In this document: piece after piece, positions 12,040 to 24,360 of the stretch
How positions within the stretch are numbered: the stretch's first letter is position 1
How the letters are laid out: each line of letters begins with the position of its first letter
DNA from: Azolla caroliniana
Taxonomy: Eukaryota; Plantae; Polypodiophyta
DNA length: 64,000 bases
NCBI GenBank assembly: GCA_043228905.1
Contig: JBHGNT010000003.1
Coordinates: 5,766,001-5,830,000 of the forward strand
Direction: 5' to 3'
The notes under the pieces: generated by a model
Seen by the model: the letters and a program-made list of their open reading frames with translations, nothing else
What the model was told of the DNA's origin: nothing
The model's database searches: none
Translations under genes and position numbers: made by a program

Positions 12040-14313
12040 ATGGTAATGATGATGAAGAGGAGGAGGAGAATGATGAATCAGATGATGATGATGGTGGTGG
12101 TGGTGATGATGATGATGATGAGAATGATGGTGGTGATGGCAAGTGGTAGTGTTGATATCCTGTTAGAGATAAAGAAGGGTTTTAACAACCCATCTGGGCT
12201 TTCTAACTGGGTATCCAACTCATCTCAAAACCCTAATTCTACTGTCCCTCCTCCGTGCAATGGATGGACAGGGGTCACATGCTCCACATCCAAAACCACC
12301 ACATATCTGGTTGTTTCTGCCCTTAATATCCCCCGTTGCTTCCGCGGAGGCATCCTGAGCCCTCAGATCGGCCTCCTCCCGGACATCCAAACCCTCGACC
12401 TCTCGGGCAATGCGATCTCGGGTCCCATCCCGCCCGCCATTTTCACGGGATTGCCCAAACTAGCATACCTAGACCTCTCCCATAACCTCTTCTCTGGTGG
12501 CATCCCACTGGATTGGGCCAATATGTCTGTCTTGCACCATGCTCATCTTCACCATAACCAACTCAATGGTAGCATACCTCCGGATGTTTTCAACGCCCCG
12601 AAGCTTCGGTTCCTCCGCCTCGAGAACAACTCTTTGTCCGGTCAGATTCCTCGTGAGATCGGCAAGGCTCGGCTTAAGTATTTGGGCTTGGAATTAAACC
12701 TACTGACCGGACCGATACCACCCGAATTGGGCAATGTCACATCGCTAAGATTGGTCTTTGCCGGCTCCAATCGGCTCAATGGGCAGCTTCCCGAGAGCAT
12801 CGGGGGATTAACGAACCTGCGCCGGCTGATGCTCGAGAGCAATGAGCTGGAAGGTGTGATCCCTGAATCATGGGGGAACCTAGCCCCAACTCTGCTCTCA
12901 TTGAACCTCTCCAACAATCATCTCACTGGGGAGGTTCCAGAGGCATTAGCTCAAAACTTCTCATCCTCTTCATTTGCAAACAATGATGGTTTATGTGGTC
13001 CCCAACTCATTCCATGTCCACCCTATAATGACCCCAATGCCCCTGCCCATGCCATGCCACCACTGGTCCAGCCCATTGAACCCCAGCATAAAAGACCTCA
13101 CCATCACAAGCTGTCCATAAATCAAATAATTGAAATAATTGTTGGGCTAGTCTTGGGCACCGCTGTATTAATGCTATGTATGTTGCTCCTGTATTCTCTA
13201 GGGGTCTCAAGGTATAGGAGAGCACATCCACCCCAAGGCAGAGATAACTGGTTCGGTTCCGATGCCCAAGTAGGAAGAAGGCAAGGCAAATTCGTGATCT
13301 TCGACGAGGCCATCTCGGGTTCGGTGGATGGGTTCGAGGATCTTGTGGCTCGGGCGGGATTCTTTGATACTGCCCATGTCATTGGAAGGGGAAGATTTGC
13401 GACAACTTACAGGTGTGAACTCAAGGATGGGGCCCGCTTTCAAATGGCCGTCAAAGTGTTCAAGTACCCCATCTCGGCTCCGGCATTCGAGCGAGAGATG
13501 GACGCCTTGGCATTGATCAACCACAAGTTTTTGCTACCCATTAAGGGCTACTATTCTGACCCCTTGGAGAAGGCTATCATCTATGAATACTTACCAAAAG
13601 GAACTCTATATGGTCTCTTACACCCTGAAGAAAAGAATAAGCTAAGTTTGAGTAAACACTTCGAAGGATCAACCACTGGCCCGGAGTCAAGTTTGCCGGA
13701 TTGGGCTACAAGGCAAAGAATAGCATTTGGAGTTGCAAAAGCTTTAGAGCATCTCCACAAGTGCAACATAGTCCACAAGGACGTTACATCCAACAACATT
13801 TTCCTAGAGGAATTGACCAACGGTAGCTTGAAGATCTCGCCTCTCCTTGCCGATTCCGGGATACTCCAACTGGCCTCGAACCGGTCGATCGAGGATGTAG
13901 TGGAGAAACCGGGGTATACGGCTCCCGAAGTGTTGCAAACTGGGAGGTACACCGAGAAGTCTGATATATATGGCTTTGGGGTGGTGCTACTAGAGCTTAT
14001 TAGTGGGAAGAAGCCAATGGTGTACATTGATATTGATGATGAGGATAATGGTCAAGAGGTGACCTTGGTATCATTGGTAGCAATGTATTGTGAGCAAATG
14101 CGAGGACGTGATGTTATGGATTCGGTCGCATGGGATACATGCCCTTTTCCCGAATATCTCAACACAGCGCTCAAGTTGGCGATGGAGTGTGTGAGCGATG
14201 ATATATGTCTTAGACCTCCCATGTCTCAAGTAGCATTTGTCCTTCAAGGCTTGGCATCCAACCCATCTCCTCTAAAGAGTCCCGCATCAACATCTTCATT
14301 CTCCTCGATGTAG
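12040..14313 (+). CDS. Intronless LRR receptor-like kinase with atypical kinase motifs
   Basis: LRRNT (PCNGWTGVTC), about 8 plant LRRs (LDLSxNxLSGxIP), cap ANNDGLCG, TM helix, kinase domain (IGRGRFATTY, MAVK, HKDVTSNN, DSG, GYTAPE, KSDIYGFGVVLLEL). First in-frame ATG at 12040; the exact start among many Met codons is uncertain. Confidence 0.92.
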   Translation: MVMMMKRRRRMMNQMMMMVVVVMMMMMRMMVVMASGSVDILLEIKKGFNNPSGLSNWVSNSSQNPNSTVPPPCNGWTGVTCSTSKTTTYLVVSALNIPRCFRGGILSPQIGLLPDIQTLDLSGNAISGPIPPAIFTGLPKLAYLDLSHNLFSGGIPLDWANMSVLHHAHLHHNQLNGSIPPDVFNAPKLRFLRLENNSLSGQIPREIGKARLKYLGLELNLLTGPIPPELGNVTSLRLVFAGSNRLNGQLPESIGGLTNLRRLMLESNELEGVIPESWGNLAPTLLSLNLSNNHLTGEVPEALAQNFSSSSFANNDGLCGPQLIPCPPYNDPNAPAHAMPPLVQPIEPQHKRPHHHKLSINQIIEIIVGLVLGTAVLMLCMLLLYSLGVSRYRRAHPPQGRDNWFGSDAQVGRRQGKFVIFDEAISGSVDGFEDLVARAGFFDTAHVIGRGRFATTYRCELKDGARFQMAVKVFKYPISAPAFEREMDALALINHKFLLPIKGYYSDPLEKAIIYEYLPKGTLYGLLHPEEKNKLSLSKHFEGSTTGPESSLPDWATRQRIAFGVAKALEHLHKCNIVHKDVTSNNIFLEELTNGSLKISPLLADSGILQLASNRSIEDVVEKPGYTAPEVLQTGRYTEKSDIYGFGVVLLELISGKKPMVYIDIDDEDNGQEVTLVSLVAMYCEQMRGRDVMDSVAWDTCPFPEYLNTALKLAMECVSDDICLRPPMSQVAFVLQGLASNPSPLKSPASTSSFSSM

Positions 14314-17300
14314 TGATCCTTCATCTCAAGCTATCACCAATCTCTACATTCTAATGACCCACCACACCAAGCGTAAGTTAAAGAACCACAAACTTTAGTT
14401 TTTGGTATGTGGGATGAGACTTATTGATGTCAATGAGGTGTTCATATGTGGTTTTCTTGCTTTGATTGTAATTTCATCCTTGGCACTTTGTCTTCACTTA
14501 TTGCTAAGGTTGTTTACATTGATTCCAAATAACATCCTCCTTATCACCTTGCACTTCCATAGACTTGGCCCTTCAACAATGACAACATGAACCATGCATG
14601 GGCTCCATCGACCCATTTACATCGGAACTACATGTTGATTGGAACTACATGCTTGGCTACCACAAACTTACCCTTCCATTGACATTATTAATTGTGCACA
14701 CATTGCATCAACTCGTGACTACAATATTTATAACATAGCTAAGGGCCATGAAGCTCATACATGTGACAAACCTTGATCCAACTCCCTTTATATTTGTTTC
14801 TTGGGGTCTCCAACACCATATGCTATTTCAGCATTCAACTTATATTCTTGCTTTTCACATTGAACAATTTTTACTATTGTTATATGCCACTTAAGGAGTA
14901 ACCTAATGTACTTCATTCATCCTCTTGATGTTACAAAATCTCATTATTATAGATTATTTGGGTGCATAAATGAAAGAAGAGATGTATAGGTTCATTGAAA
15001 GTAACATGAATGTTAGCATCACTTACACATACAAGAAGAGCTATTGGTTGGGGAGTGTCACGTGTGGGTTAATGTATTAATTCTCTAATCTTAGAATTTT
15101 AATGTCACCGGAAATAAATTACATCCATAGTAGAACAAGAAACAAGATAACATGTAAATTTGATATTGAAACTACCTTTTCTAGCACAAATGTGATCCGG
15201 AGTTGACCTTTAGATAGAATAAGGATAGCCTTGTATAGGATCGATTTCTTTCTAGCAAAAATATTGTATTGTTTTTTTGCGTACAGTAATATATCAGGAA
15301 TCCTTTAAAAACAATTCCCATGCGAATGGTCAATATCTTGAAAAACTTTAATAGATGCATTTTGTGACATTCCATTTAGTATGAACTTCTTGTCTTCACG
15401 AGGTTTGGAATATTCACATTTGGAAGCGTGGTGTGTGGTATTGTAAAGATCAGTATTAGTTAAATAATTATTAGATTTGCTCACCCAGTTTTTGTTAGTG
15501 GGAAAGGAAACACCTTCAAGTGTCTTTCTAGTATCTTGGGTGGGACGGTTTCTCTTCTAAGTGTAAGTCACCTCTAGTGATCCAAAGCTTATCTCAAGTC
15601 TCATTGTTAAACACATTACTTGTGGAACTTGGCCACATTACTTGTAAGATCATGTTATTAGACTCCCTTCATCTCCCACCAACCATTCTCCAAGAGAGAA
15701 ACCTCAACTCGCTTGCCCTTTTATCTCACTCTGTTGTATTTCATATTGATTGTCTCTTCTAAAGGGATGATTTCTTCCACAATAGAAAACTCCATTGGTG
15801 TTGAGGAAGAATAAGTATTTCCTTTCACCAAATTAGTAGGGGTGATGATTCCCATCCCATTTTTTACCAAAGTTATTCAACATCACTCTCTTATATAAAA
15901 TCCAACTTACGAAAGCTATGCCAACAAATTTTCGTTTTCAATAGACAGTTTCTCCATATGTCAAATTTAAAGTTTGTGATGCCTTGGAAGAAATTTCCAC
16001 AATCACTTTTTAAAACTTCAACGACGACCATGACAAGCTCTTTTACTCCGGGGGATGATGTTGTGGTTTTGAGAAAACTTAGACAAATGAAATCAATACA
16101 ACAAATTATTGATGTGGATATGGTGTCTAAAAAATCATACACACAAGTTATGGTCGAGGGTGAGGATATGAGGAGAAGTGTTTCATCAAATATAAACTAG
16201 GTGCTACAGGGCATACATGAATCTAGAGTCCTCAGGATATTTTAGATGTGGAGATACATTGAGAGGACATTCATAAGGCCTTAACGTTATGTAAAAGTAT
16301 TCTCTAATTTTATAATGGGTGCAATATTAGTTAATGCAATAGGTAGCCCAAAACGTTGTAGAAGATAAAGAAAGTCTTCTTGGGTTCCTCAAAAAGTGAT
16401 TTTTAAAAGAGATGAGAAATGGAATAGAAATTTGTACCACCCTTGTTTCTTTATCAACAAAAATTTTGTTTACATTGTCTCTTGGAGATTCAAGATACAT
16501 TATTTCAGTGGAGAAACATCACTCAATCTAAATTATGTTATAAGATTGGCAAAATCATCATGTAGTTGGAGAAACAACCTCAACATCTTGGTTCTTCTTA
16601 ATTCACTCAAGCATTTGTGATCAACATCACCCCCCCCCCCCCCCCCCCCCACATATAAAATCATTTACTATCTTTAAGTGATTATTTTGGGTATATAACA
16701 ATGACCCTTACACATAAGCATTGCGTCGAGGGCAAGGAAGAGATAAACTAAAGGCCTATTTAATTATTTGCATAGAATGTAAAAAGATGTGTTTTGCTTC
16801 TCTTTTATTGTGACTCTTTGCTAGTCTTTTCCTCTTCATTGGCTCTTCAATAGCTCTCCCACTAGTTTTCTTTTGCTAGTGCTTTGACTAGTATACTTCA
16901 TAATGTAATTGAGCTTGACACTCAATTCTCTCCCTAAAGCTCAACTATGATATGATGAGCTTGGCCTTTACTTCGTCGATATGCTTCTTTACATCAAGTC
17001 TAGTGATTTAGTTAGTTGTTGACATAGAAGAAAATTTCCTCTTTGCTGGAATTGGTATTGAGCCTTCTGCTTCTCCTTCCCCTCCCTGAGTTCATCATCT
17101 TAACGACTCATTCATTTTGAGCATTCATGCTGATTAAACAGATAGCAAGTTCCTCCATTTGTTATGATTTTGGTTATTAGTAGTCATCCAATCGTCTCTT
17201 GTGGTGCAAATTAATCGTGTTGTTGGCATATTCTTGGTTGTGTCAAACAAGTTGATCGAGTTTTGAAATGGTTCTTTCTCTCATCTATTGTACTCTATCC

Positions 17301-17846
17301 TTCTGTATAGAAATATCTACTCTCCGCTCCATTTTCAAACAATCGTGCCATCATTCATTAACATGTAATCAGTTCTCATCCACCATAGCCCTTGGATTCC
17401 TACAAGTACCTCCACGATAGAAATCTTAATCTTGTTTCAAGCAAGAGCATAATTGATGCAACACAAATACTCTTGGTACAAGAAGTATTATGTCATCATG
17501 TACTTTCAACTTCCATTGGGGCCCAATACTTGAGATGTTGAGATATCAAGCTCAACTAGGTTTAGTTATTTTGTCAATTATGTAACTTAGCAATTACATA
17601 AATAGAATCTCGTTAGTGTGTTGACCGTAAAGCTTTAAATGGGACATTTTACTTAACTGGGATACATTCTAGATCCTCCATTCCCAAGTACATTTAATAT
17701 AGGACTTACATCCTTGTACCTATATTCTCCTTTAATACACATGTGCACCCTTGCACATGAGATATATATATACCGCATTGTAGGTATTTTTGTAACTTGA
17801 TAATAGAGAACGGTTATCTAGCTACACTCCGATAAGGACGACAATC

Positions 17847-19800
17847 TTGGCGAGAGAAAACCCTCCTTTGTTCCACGACCTTCAATCAATGTTATCAGTT
17901 GAAGAGAACTACGTCCGAACTAAGAGTAAGATGTCAAAAGGACATATGTTCTTCACAAATTCAGATGGTGGCCGAGGACGTGGTCGAGGTGGCAGAAGAG
18001 GTCCATTCGGCCTATCTCACGAAGGGAACTCAAACCTTCGGCAAGAAAGAAACACTTGAGGAACCTTCGGAAGAAGGAGGAGCTTCTGTGCCGAACAAGG
18101 TCGGCAAACGAGGCCCATTACTTACAACTATTGTGGGAAAGTTGGCCAACACGAAACAAGGAGAGTAAGTCAGCATCTACAAGCTGACAACTCTCCAATT
18201 ATCCAACCAACTCCAAATATGAAGACTATGGTGGATTGTTCGTAATGAGACATAGAGTGAAATCTATGTCAACCTCCGACTCCACAAGCACCTCCAACTC
18301 GGAAGATGTGTGGTTCATCGACATTGGCACCTCAAATCTTATGATGTCACACCAAGAATGGTTTCATGACTTAAGAAGTTTGGATCGACTCGACTACGAA
18401 AAGACGGAAGATGACACTACACATCCCATTCAACACATTGGCAACGTTCCATTCAACAAAGACAGAAAAAACAATTGCATCAAGAATGTCTTGCATGTTC
18501 CTACAATAACAAAAAAATTGGCCTCACCTGGCCAAATCGTGGAGCAAGGCATGCAAGTCCGTTTCAACAACAGAGGATGCTTTATAGAAAAGAATGGCCA
18601 ACTCATAGCTAGAGGAAGGAGAGAAGGCCGAGTGTTCATTCTCAATTCAAACGTCAGAGGTGAAATCATCCATGTATGTCAAATGTCTCAAGGTTGAGAC
18701 GAATATTGAGTTGTGGCACAAGAGAATCGGCCACATCAACCTCCAAGGGCTTCGAGTAATGCAATCAAAGGAATTCTTCATCAGACTTCCGGCCTTTGAG
18801 TTGAAACGAGTCGATCGAGTGTGTGAAACATGTCAACTCGGCAAACAACATCGACTCTCATTCCCAAAGGAGAGCTACGTAAGTAAAGGCCTCCTTGACG
18901 TTGTCGTGTGGCACGTGACACACGTGCCAAACGTCGGCATGTGCGCGTCACAAGCGCGGACAAGCACCGAGCCTCTATCCGCTAGTGGTGATGGAGGATT
19001 GATTATGGGCGGCTGAAGTGATGCACTAATGTCGTTAGAGTGAGAGAGAGAGAGAATAATAATAATTTGAGGAAGTTTTTAAGATAGATAGATAGATAGA
19101 TAAACGCATATCACCAATAAGATAACTAAGTTTTCTTATTATTAATTTTCGATTTGATACATAGATTGTTTGATTCATCCATTGATTGATCCCCCCCCAT
19201 TACACAAGCCTTACGAGGGTTTTTATAGGTTTATCTATCCTTCTAACATGCACAAAACCATGGGCTTGAACCCATGGTTTTCGGGCACATGGTTTTCCTT
19301 GTGGCATGCACAAAACCATAGGCTAAAACCATTGTTTTGTGTACACGGTTTTGTATGTTTGTTTCCTATGGAATACTAAATATGAGAAGGAAATATACAA
19401 AATCTAAAGCACTTAGTAGTAGCTTTAGTGGTAAAATAATTGCTTCCTATCTTAGAAGTGTAAGGTTCAAATCTTGCTTGCACCCTTCTATATGCACTTT
19501 AATGTCATCAGACCCTAGGCTAATTTTCCTATTTATAATCATGTGTATAATGTGTGTGGAGCCACACTATTTCACAATTTCTCCCATTGGACACAGAACA
19601 TCACGACAACGTAATACACTCGGATGTATAGGGACTGGCTCAAATGTTGACGATCGGAGGATGTCATTATTACGTCACCTTCATCGATGACTACTCGCGC
19701 TACACATGGATCTTCCCAATGAAGAAGAAGTGTGAAGTGTTCTCCCAATTCCAAAAGCTCAAGAGTCAAGTTGAAAACAAATTGGCCAACACATTCGATG
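17847..19800 (+). mobile_element. Degenerate Ty1/Copia gag-pol fragment, interrupted by a solo LTR
   Basis: Protease-like WFIDIGTSNLM, GAG-pre-integrase LWHKRIGH...CETCQLGKQ, integrase LDV|IHSDV and YYVTFIDDYSRYTW. Frameshifts and stops present. Confidence 0.9.
18902..19608. mobile_element. Solo LTR (TGTCGTG...CACGACA) with 4-bp TSD ACGT
   Basis: Inverted termini. ACGT at 18898-18901 and 19609-19612. Removing it restores the Copia LDVIHSDV reading. Confidence 0.85.
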
Positions 19801-19964
19801 GACTTTTTTGGAAGCCAAAACCCAGATCAAAAAATTTACTTTGTTTCATGACAACATTACATCAAATCAAATTGAAACTATGACATTGTTCCAAACATTC
19901 AAAAACAATGATATTATCAACAAAAATAAAATGATGTCATCAAATAGTACCACAATCCCCATTA

Positions 19965-21570
19965 CATGCAATGGGAGAAGCTAATTGATGCGAGAAATAG
20001 CAGGCATAGCTTTTGAGTGCTTGTCGTTCATATTTGGATGTCGACTCTATGGACATCCCCAAGTGGTGATGAGATGATAGAGGACCGGTAGATTCTCGTT
20101 GGGCCTAACTTGAACCTTCTCGTGATTGTTGGGATCAAGGATCCTTGCTAACCCAAGGTCAATGACATCATGAAGTGTTGCAAGGAAGATGGTATCAAGG
20201 TACAAATGGTGATAGGGAACAACCTCATGAACGCAAAAGCAATTTTGTAGACCGTTGGATCCTTCAAGATGAGGATCTTACTATCGAAGGAAGATAATTC
20301 TTTAACTAATCAAATGATGAAAGAAAGCAACTTTTGCCAATCATCTCTATCCTAGTGAGATCGTCTCTGTTAAATAGGTTATTGATGTTGAGGACATTGA
20401 GAGACATGGGCGAGGTTGTTGCCATGATAGGTGATGGTATTAATGACAAACTAGCGATATGAGAAATGAATGTTAATCTTGACATGGGCATCAAGGCATA
20501 GAAGTTGAAAAGTGGATTTCAACATGATCATGTTAGTCATGAAAGCAACAAAAGTCAACCAATTGACAATGGGGTTTATGGATTTCAGTTGTTGCAATGA
20601 TAGGTGATAGTACTAATGATGCATCGGAAGCTATCCGAGAAGTAGATGTTGGTATTAGTATCAAGGCATAGAAGTTGAAAGGGAGAGTTCAACATCGTGT
20701 TAGTCGTGAAACTAACAAAATTCATCCAATTGACAATGGGGATTTATGGATTTATTGCAACATGTAGAAATTTATCCAATTCCAATGGACAATGAATTAG
20801 CAATCAACAATGGTTCGGTTCAGTTTGAGAGTGTCAAACTCAAACCATTTAAAAAAATTGAAACGTAAACCTAACCGTTCCAAACTTGGAAGTCATTCAA
20901 AAAAAACCATTACAAAAATTCAAGCTCAAACCAAACAGTAAAACTATTAAAACCACAGTTTTGCGGTTCGATTTTGGTTTTCAACATAGGTCAAATTTCA
21001 ATATCTCATAATTCAAATTTTAAAATTTTAAATTTTCAGTATTTCAATTTTAAAATCTCCAAATTTGACAAAATTAGGCGTAAAAATGAAAAGGGTATCG
21101 AAAACCCTAAACCCTAAACTGAACCGTTAAGTTGTTAAGTTGCGGTTTCACAATTTGGTTCAAATCAAACTAAACTATTGACGATTGCTACCATGAATGT
21201 CACAAAACTCTCCATAAGCATTATGGTGGTAGTATCATCAAGGGAGGTGCCACTGACTATCGCCCATTTGTTGTGGGTGAATCTAATGGATTTATGGCAA
21301 TATCAAGGGAGGTTCCATTAACAAGGGGGGCAATGAATTTATTACAACATACAGAACATCATCCTATTCCAATGGACTATGAATGTCACAATGCTCTACA
21401 CAAACTTTGTGGCGGTAGTATCCTACTGCCATTAATTGTCATCAAATTGTTGTGGGTGAATCTAATTATGGATACGTTGGGAACAATGGCTCTCGCTATA
21501 ACGCATCCCACCTTTATTCTATTGGATGTGCCCTTCATGGGGTAGTTAGAGCTCCTCATCTCCCATTTCA
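19965..21570 (+). pseudogene. P2B-type Ca2+-ATPase (ACA-like) pseudogene fragment
   Basis: LLVIVGIKDPC*P..GIKVQMVIGNN..AKAI; VVAMIGDGIND; FIQFQWTMNV; LLWVNLIMDTLGTMALA. Stops, frameshifts, internal duplications and a MITE insertion. Confidence 0.85.
20798..21190. mobile_element. hAT-type MITE, family A copy 3 (inverted relative to copies 1-2)
   Basis: TAGCAATC...GATTGCTA termini. TSD CAATGAAT/CCATGAAT duplicates the ATPase TMN codons. Confidence 0.8.
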
Positions 21571-23238
21571 ACATTGGAATCAGTTGATCACTAAGCTAGC
21601 CAATCACTTTTCGTAATGAGAGAGATACTTTTTCCAAAAGAAAATCTCTCAATAAACGGTAAGTATGCACTTTTTTCCCAAGATCAAAGTGTTTACCGTA
21701 TGTCTTACACCAATGTTTACACTTCCTAACACATATATTCTAGAGTCAAGTCATAAAGAGTACTCTTACACTTCCTAATGTGCTTTTTCTTGAGAATATG
21801 CATTCAATACTAAGTTAGAACTATATAGTTTGACAAATTACATGTAGTTGAGCTTACTTAAGGTGTGTTTACATAAGGTTGAGTTTATATAGGGTATGGT
21901 TACACATGAGAGTCTATTTACATGGGTATGTTTACACAATCATGCATATATAACATTTGACCCTTGTATAATTACATAGATAGATGATTAATATACCACT
22001 ATTACAAGGTTCGTTTAACAACTAATGTCTAGCATGTATGTAGGATTGTGGAGTGTTATTAATAAACCTAAATGAAAAATAAAAAAATTTGTGTTGTAAG
22101 AATCTTTGAAGTATCAAGAAAGCATGATTATGGAGATATCATGCCTATCCATCTAGTTTTTGCTCTAGGAGCCCCACCGTTGGAGCCTACATTCTGATCC
22201 CTCAATACCCCATCGATTTGTAGGAGATGTAAACACTTCATCTTCCAAGAGAGCCTTTGGCAAAAGCTCAAATTTCATCCCAAAATTAAGGCACGTATTA
22301 TAGTCCAACTATTGTGAAGATCTCATCCAATACTTCGAGCATGTCACATCAACACATAAAACCACTTACCCTTCCACTCCATACAACCATGTTTCTTGCA
22401 TAGATTTGGTTTATGATTAATAGTTGTGATTGAAAATACAACTAAAGAAATGTGACATTATTTCCCTTAACAAAGTGGCTCTTAGTGGATGTAAATGGGA
22501 GAGACTAAGGACCAAAAGGTACCAAAGTTAGGGCACCCAAAGGCCCCTTTTACATAAGAGCTCTTGCCTTTTTATACAAGTTGGAAACCCTAAAGGGTCC
22601 CTTTCACATTACATGCCCATTGGCCATTAACCATTTTCACCTGTATTTAAAAAGTCATCCTCCACAAATTATGATATGTCCATGTTTCTTACATATCTTT
22701 TTGGCCTATAACCAATATTTTAGGTTTGAAAACCAAGCCTTATAGGGTTATTAAACTAAAGAGTATATCATTGTTTTCCTTAACACCTAGTAGTGAGACA
22801 AGATCTAGGACTGAAGAGATCTAGCACACATTTGTGATATGGTTTGTTGAATCCAATGTTAAAGCAATAACAGGGAGAAAAATAAGAAGCGTTCAAGGGT
22901 ATGCAATCTCACAAATAATTGCATTTCTAGAGGACATGCTTCGTGAAGAAGATGACATGAGCACGATACAAGCCACACTAGAAAAAATTGTATATAACAT
23001 CTCAAAATTTTAAGGAATATATAAATGCATAGTGCACAACTAAACTAAATTGTTTCAAATGTGTGGTGTTATCATCTTATCCTTACTTATCACGTTTTGG
23101 ATTTAAAGAGAACCCAAACCTCTTATGTGTTGTTCGACAAGGTATTTCTCAAAAAGTTTGGCCTTGATAATGTAACATAAACAATTACTTACAAGTTTGG
23201 CTTGTGGATATGTTAAGAAAAAGAGAGATGAGTTGGAC

Positions 23239-23485
23239 CATAGTATGAACCATACGTACCATACGTGCATTTGCATTCGCGAATGTTTCAATCATTCGCG
23301 TAAGAAAAACACCCTCAAAGAATGATAAATACCATACTTTTGGATTAACTATTTATTATGACGTAAATAAGCCTAAAAAATGGAAAAAAAAAACATTTAA
23401 AAAATGGGGAAAAAACAAAAACAAAAACAAGAATGTTCGAATCGCATTCGCATTCGTTTTCCGAACACGAATTTTACATACTATG
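23239..23485. mobile_element. hAT-type MITE, family B copy 1
   Basis: CATAGTATG...CATACTATG TIR. TSD AGTTGGAC/AGTTGGGC. Homologous to 42813-43370. Confidence 0.8.
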
Positions 23486-24216
23486 AGTTGGGCAAGGGTG
23501 CACTGTTTAAATTCAAGTATTGTTTTACTCAACTCACAAGGCTTAAGAACTAGTGGGGGTAAATAAAGTCCTTTTATTCAAGGTCATTAATGAAGAAGAT
23601 AAAATCAAGCTAGGATTTTTACTTTAAGAGGATGATTTGGCTAATGGCCTTATTGAGAGTTGGAAACAAGTCATACAAACATGTTAAACCACTATGACAA
23701 GAGAACACATCAAGGTCTAAGCACGAGGGGTTCTTATACTATGAAAACTCATTTGATAAGGCCAATAAAGAGGACATGGAGAAGAAAAAGAGTACAATAA
23801 GAAAAGAGGACAAGGTGAACAAGGTAAGAGAGATCAGAGTTGAAAAAGAATCACCCATTAAGTCAAAAACTTGGGTTTTGTTTGGGTGTGAAAGTCATCT
23901 AGTTAATGCTACAATGAGTATCACTGATGTTTCATTCTCAATGCACAAAGTCCATGAGAAAGAATAGAGCAACACAAAGCCAAGTGTGTGGGAGGATGGA
24001 TAATTGGTCAAAGAGAGAAATTGGCCAATTCAAAAGTTGGAACTTTGACAAGATGGTACAGACTACTAGATACAACCATGAGCATCACTGAAGCTTTGAA
24101 CCACAACAAGATTGTGCTAAAGAATAAAAATACGAAGCGGAACAAATTGTATGAAACAAAAGAAAAGAATAAAGATGGGAGAAAAATCAAACAAAAGGTA
24201 ATGGGCCACCTCCAAT

Positions 24217-24360
24217 GGAATATTGCCAAAAACCAATCATTTGGTTGTTGAATATTGATTGGACTTGGTGAATTGTGTGGAATATATGGAATATTGCCAA
24301 AAACCAATCATTTGGTTGTTGAATATTGATTGGACTTGGTGAATTGTGTGGAATATATGG
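24217..24360. repeat. Tandem duplication of a ~71-bp unit
   Basis: GGAATATTGCCAAAAACCAATC...GTGTGGAATATAT present twice. Confidence 0.9.

Noticed and set aside
14600-16650. Possible LINE remnant or short ORFs
   Set aside because: No convincing RT or endonuclease motifs recognisable by eye.
16630-16650. Poly-C tract (also 27560-27577)
   Set aside because: Simple homopolymer with no supporting structure.
21101-21120. Interstitial telomere repeat AAACCCT
   Set aside because: Only about 2.5 units, inside a MITE.
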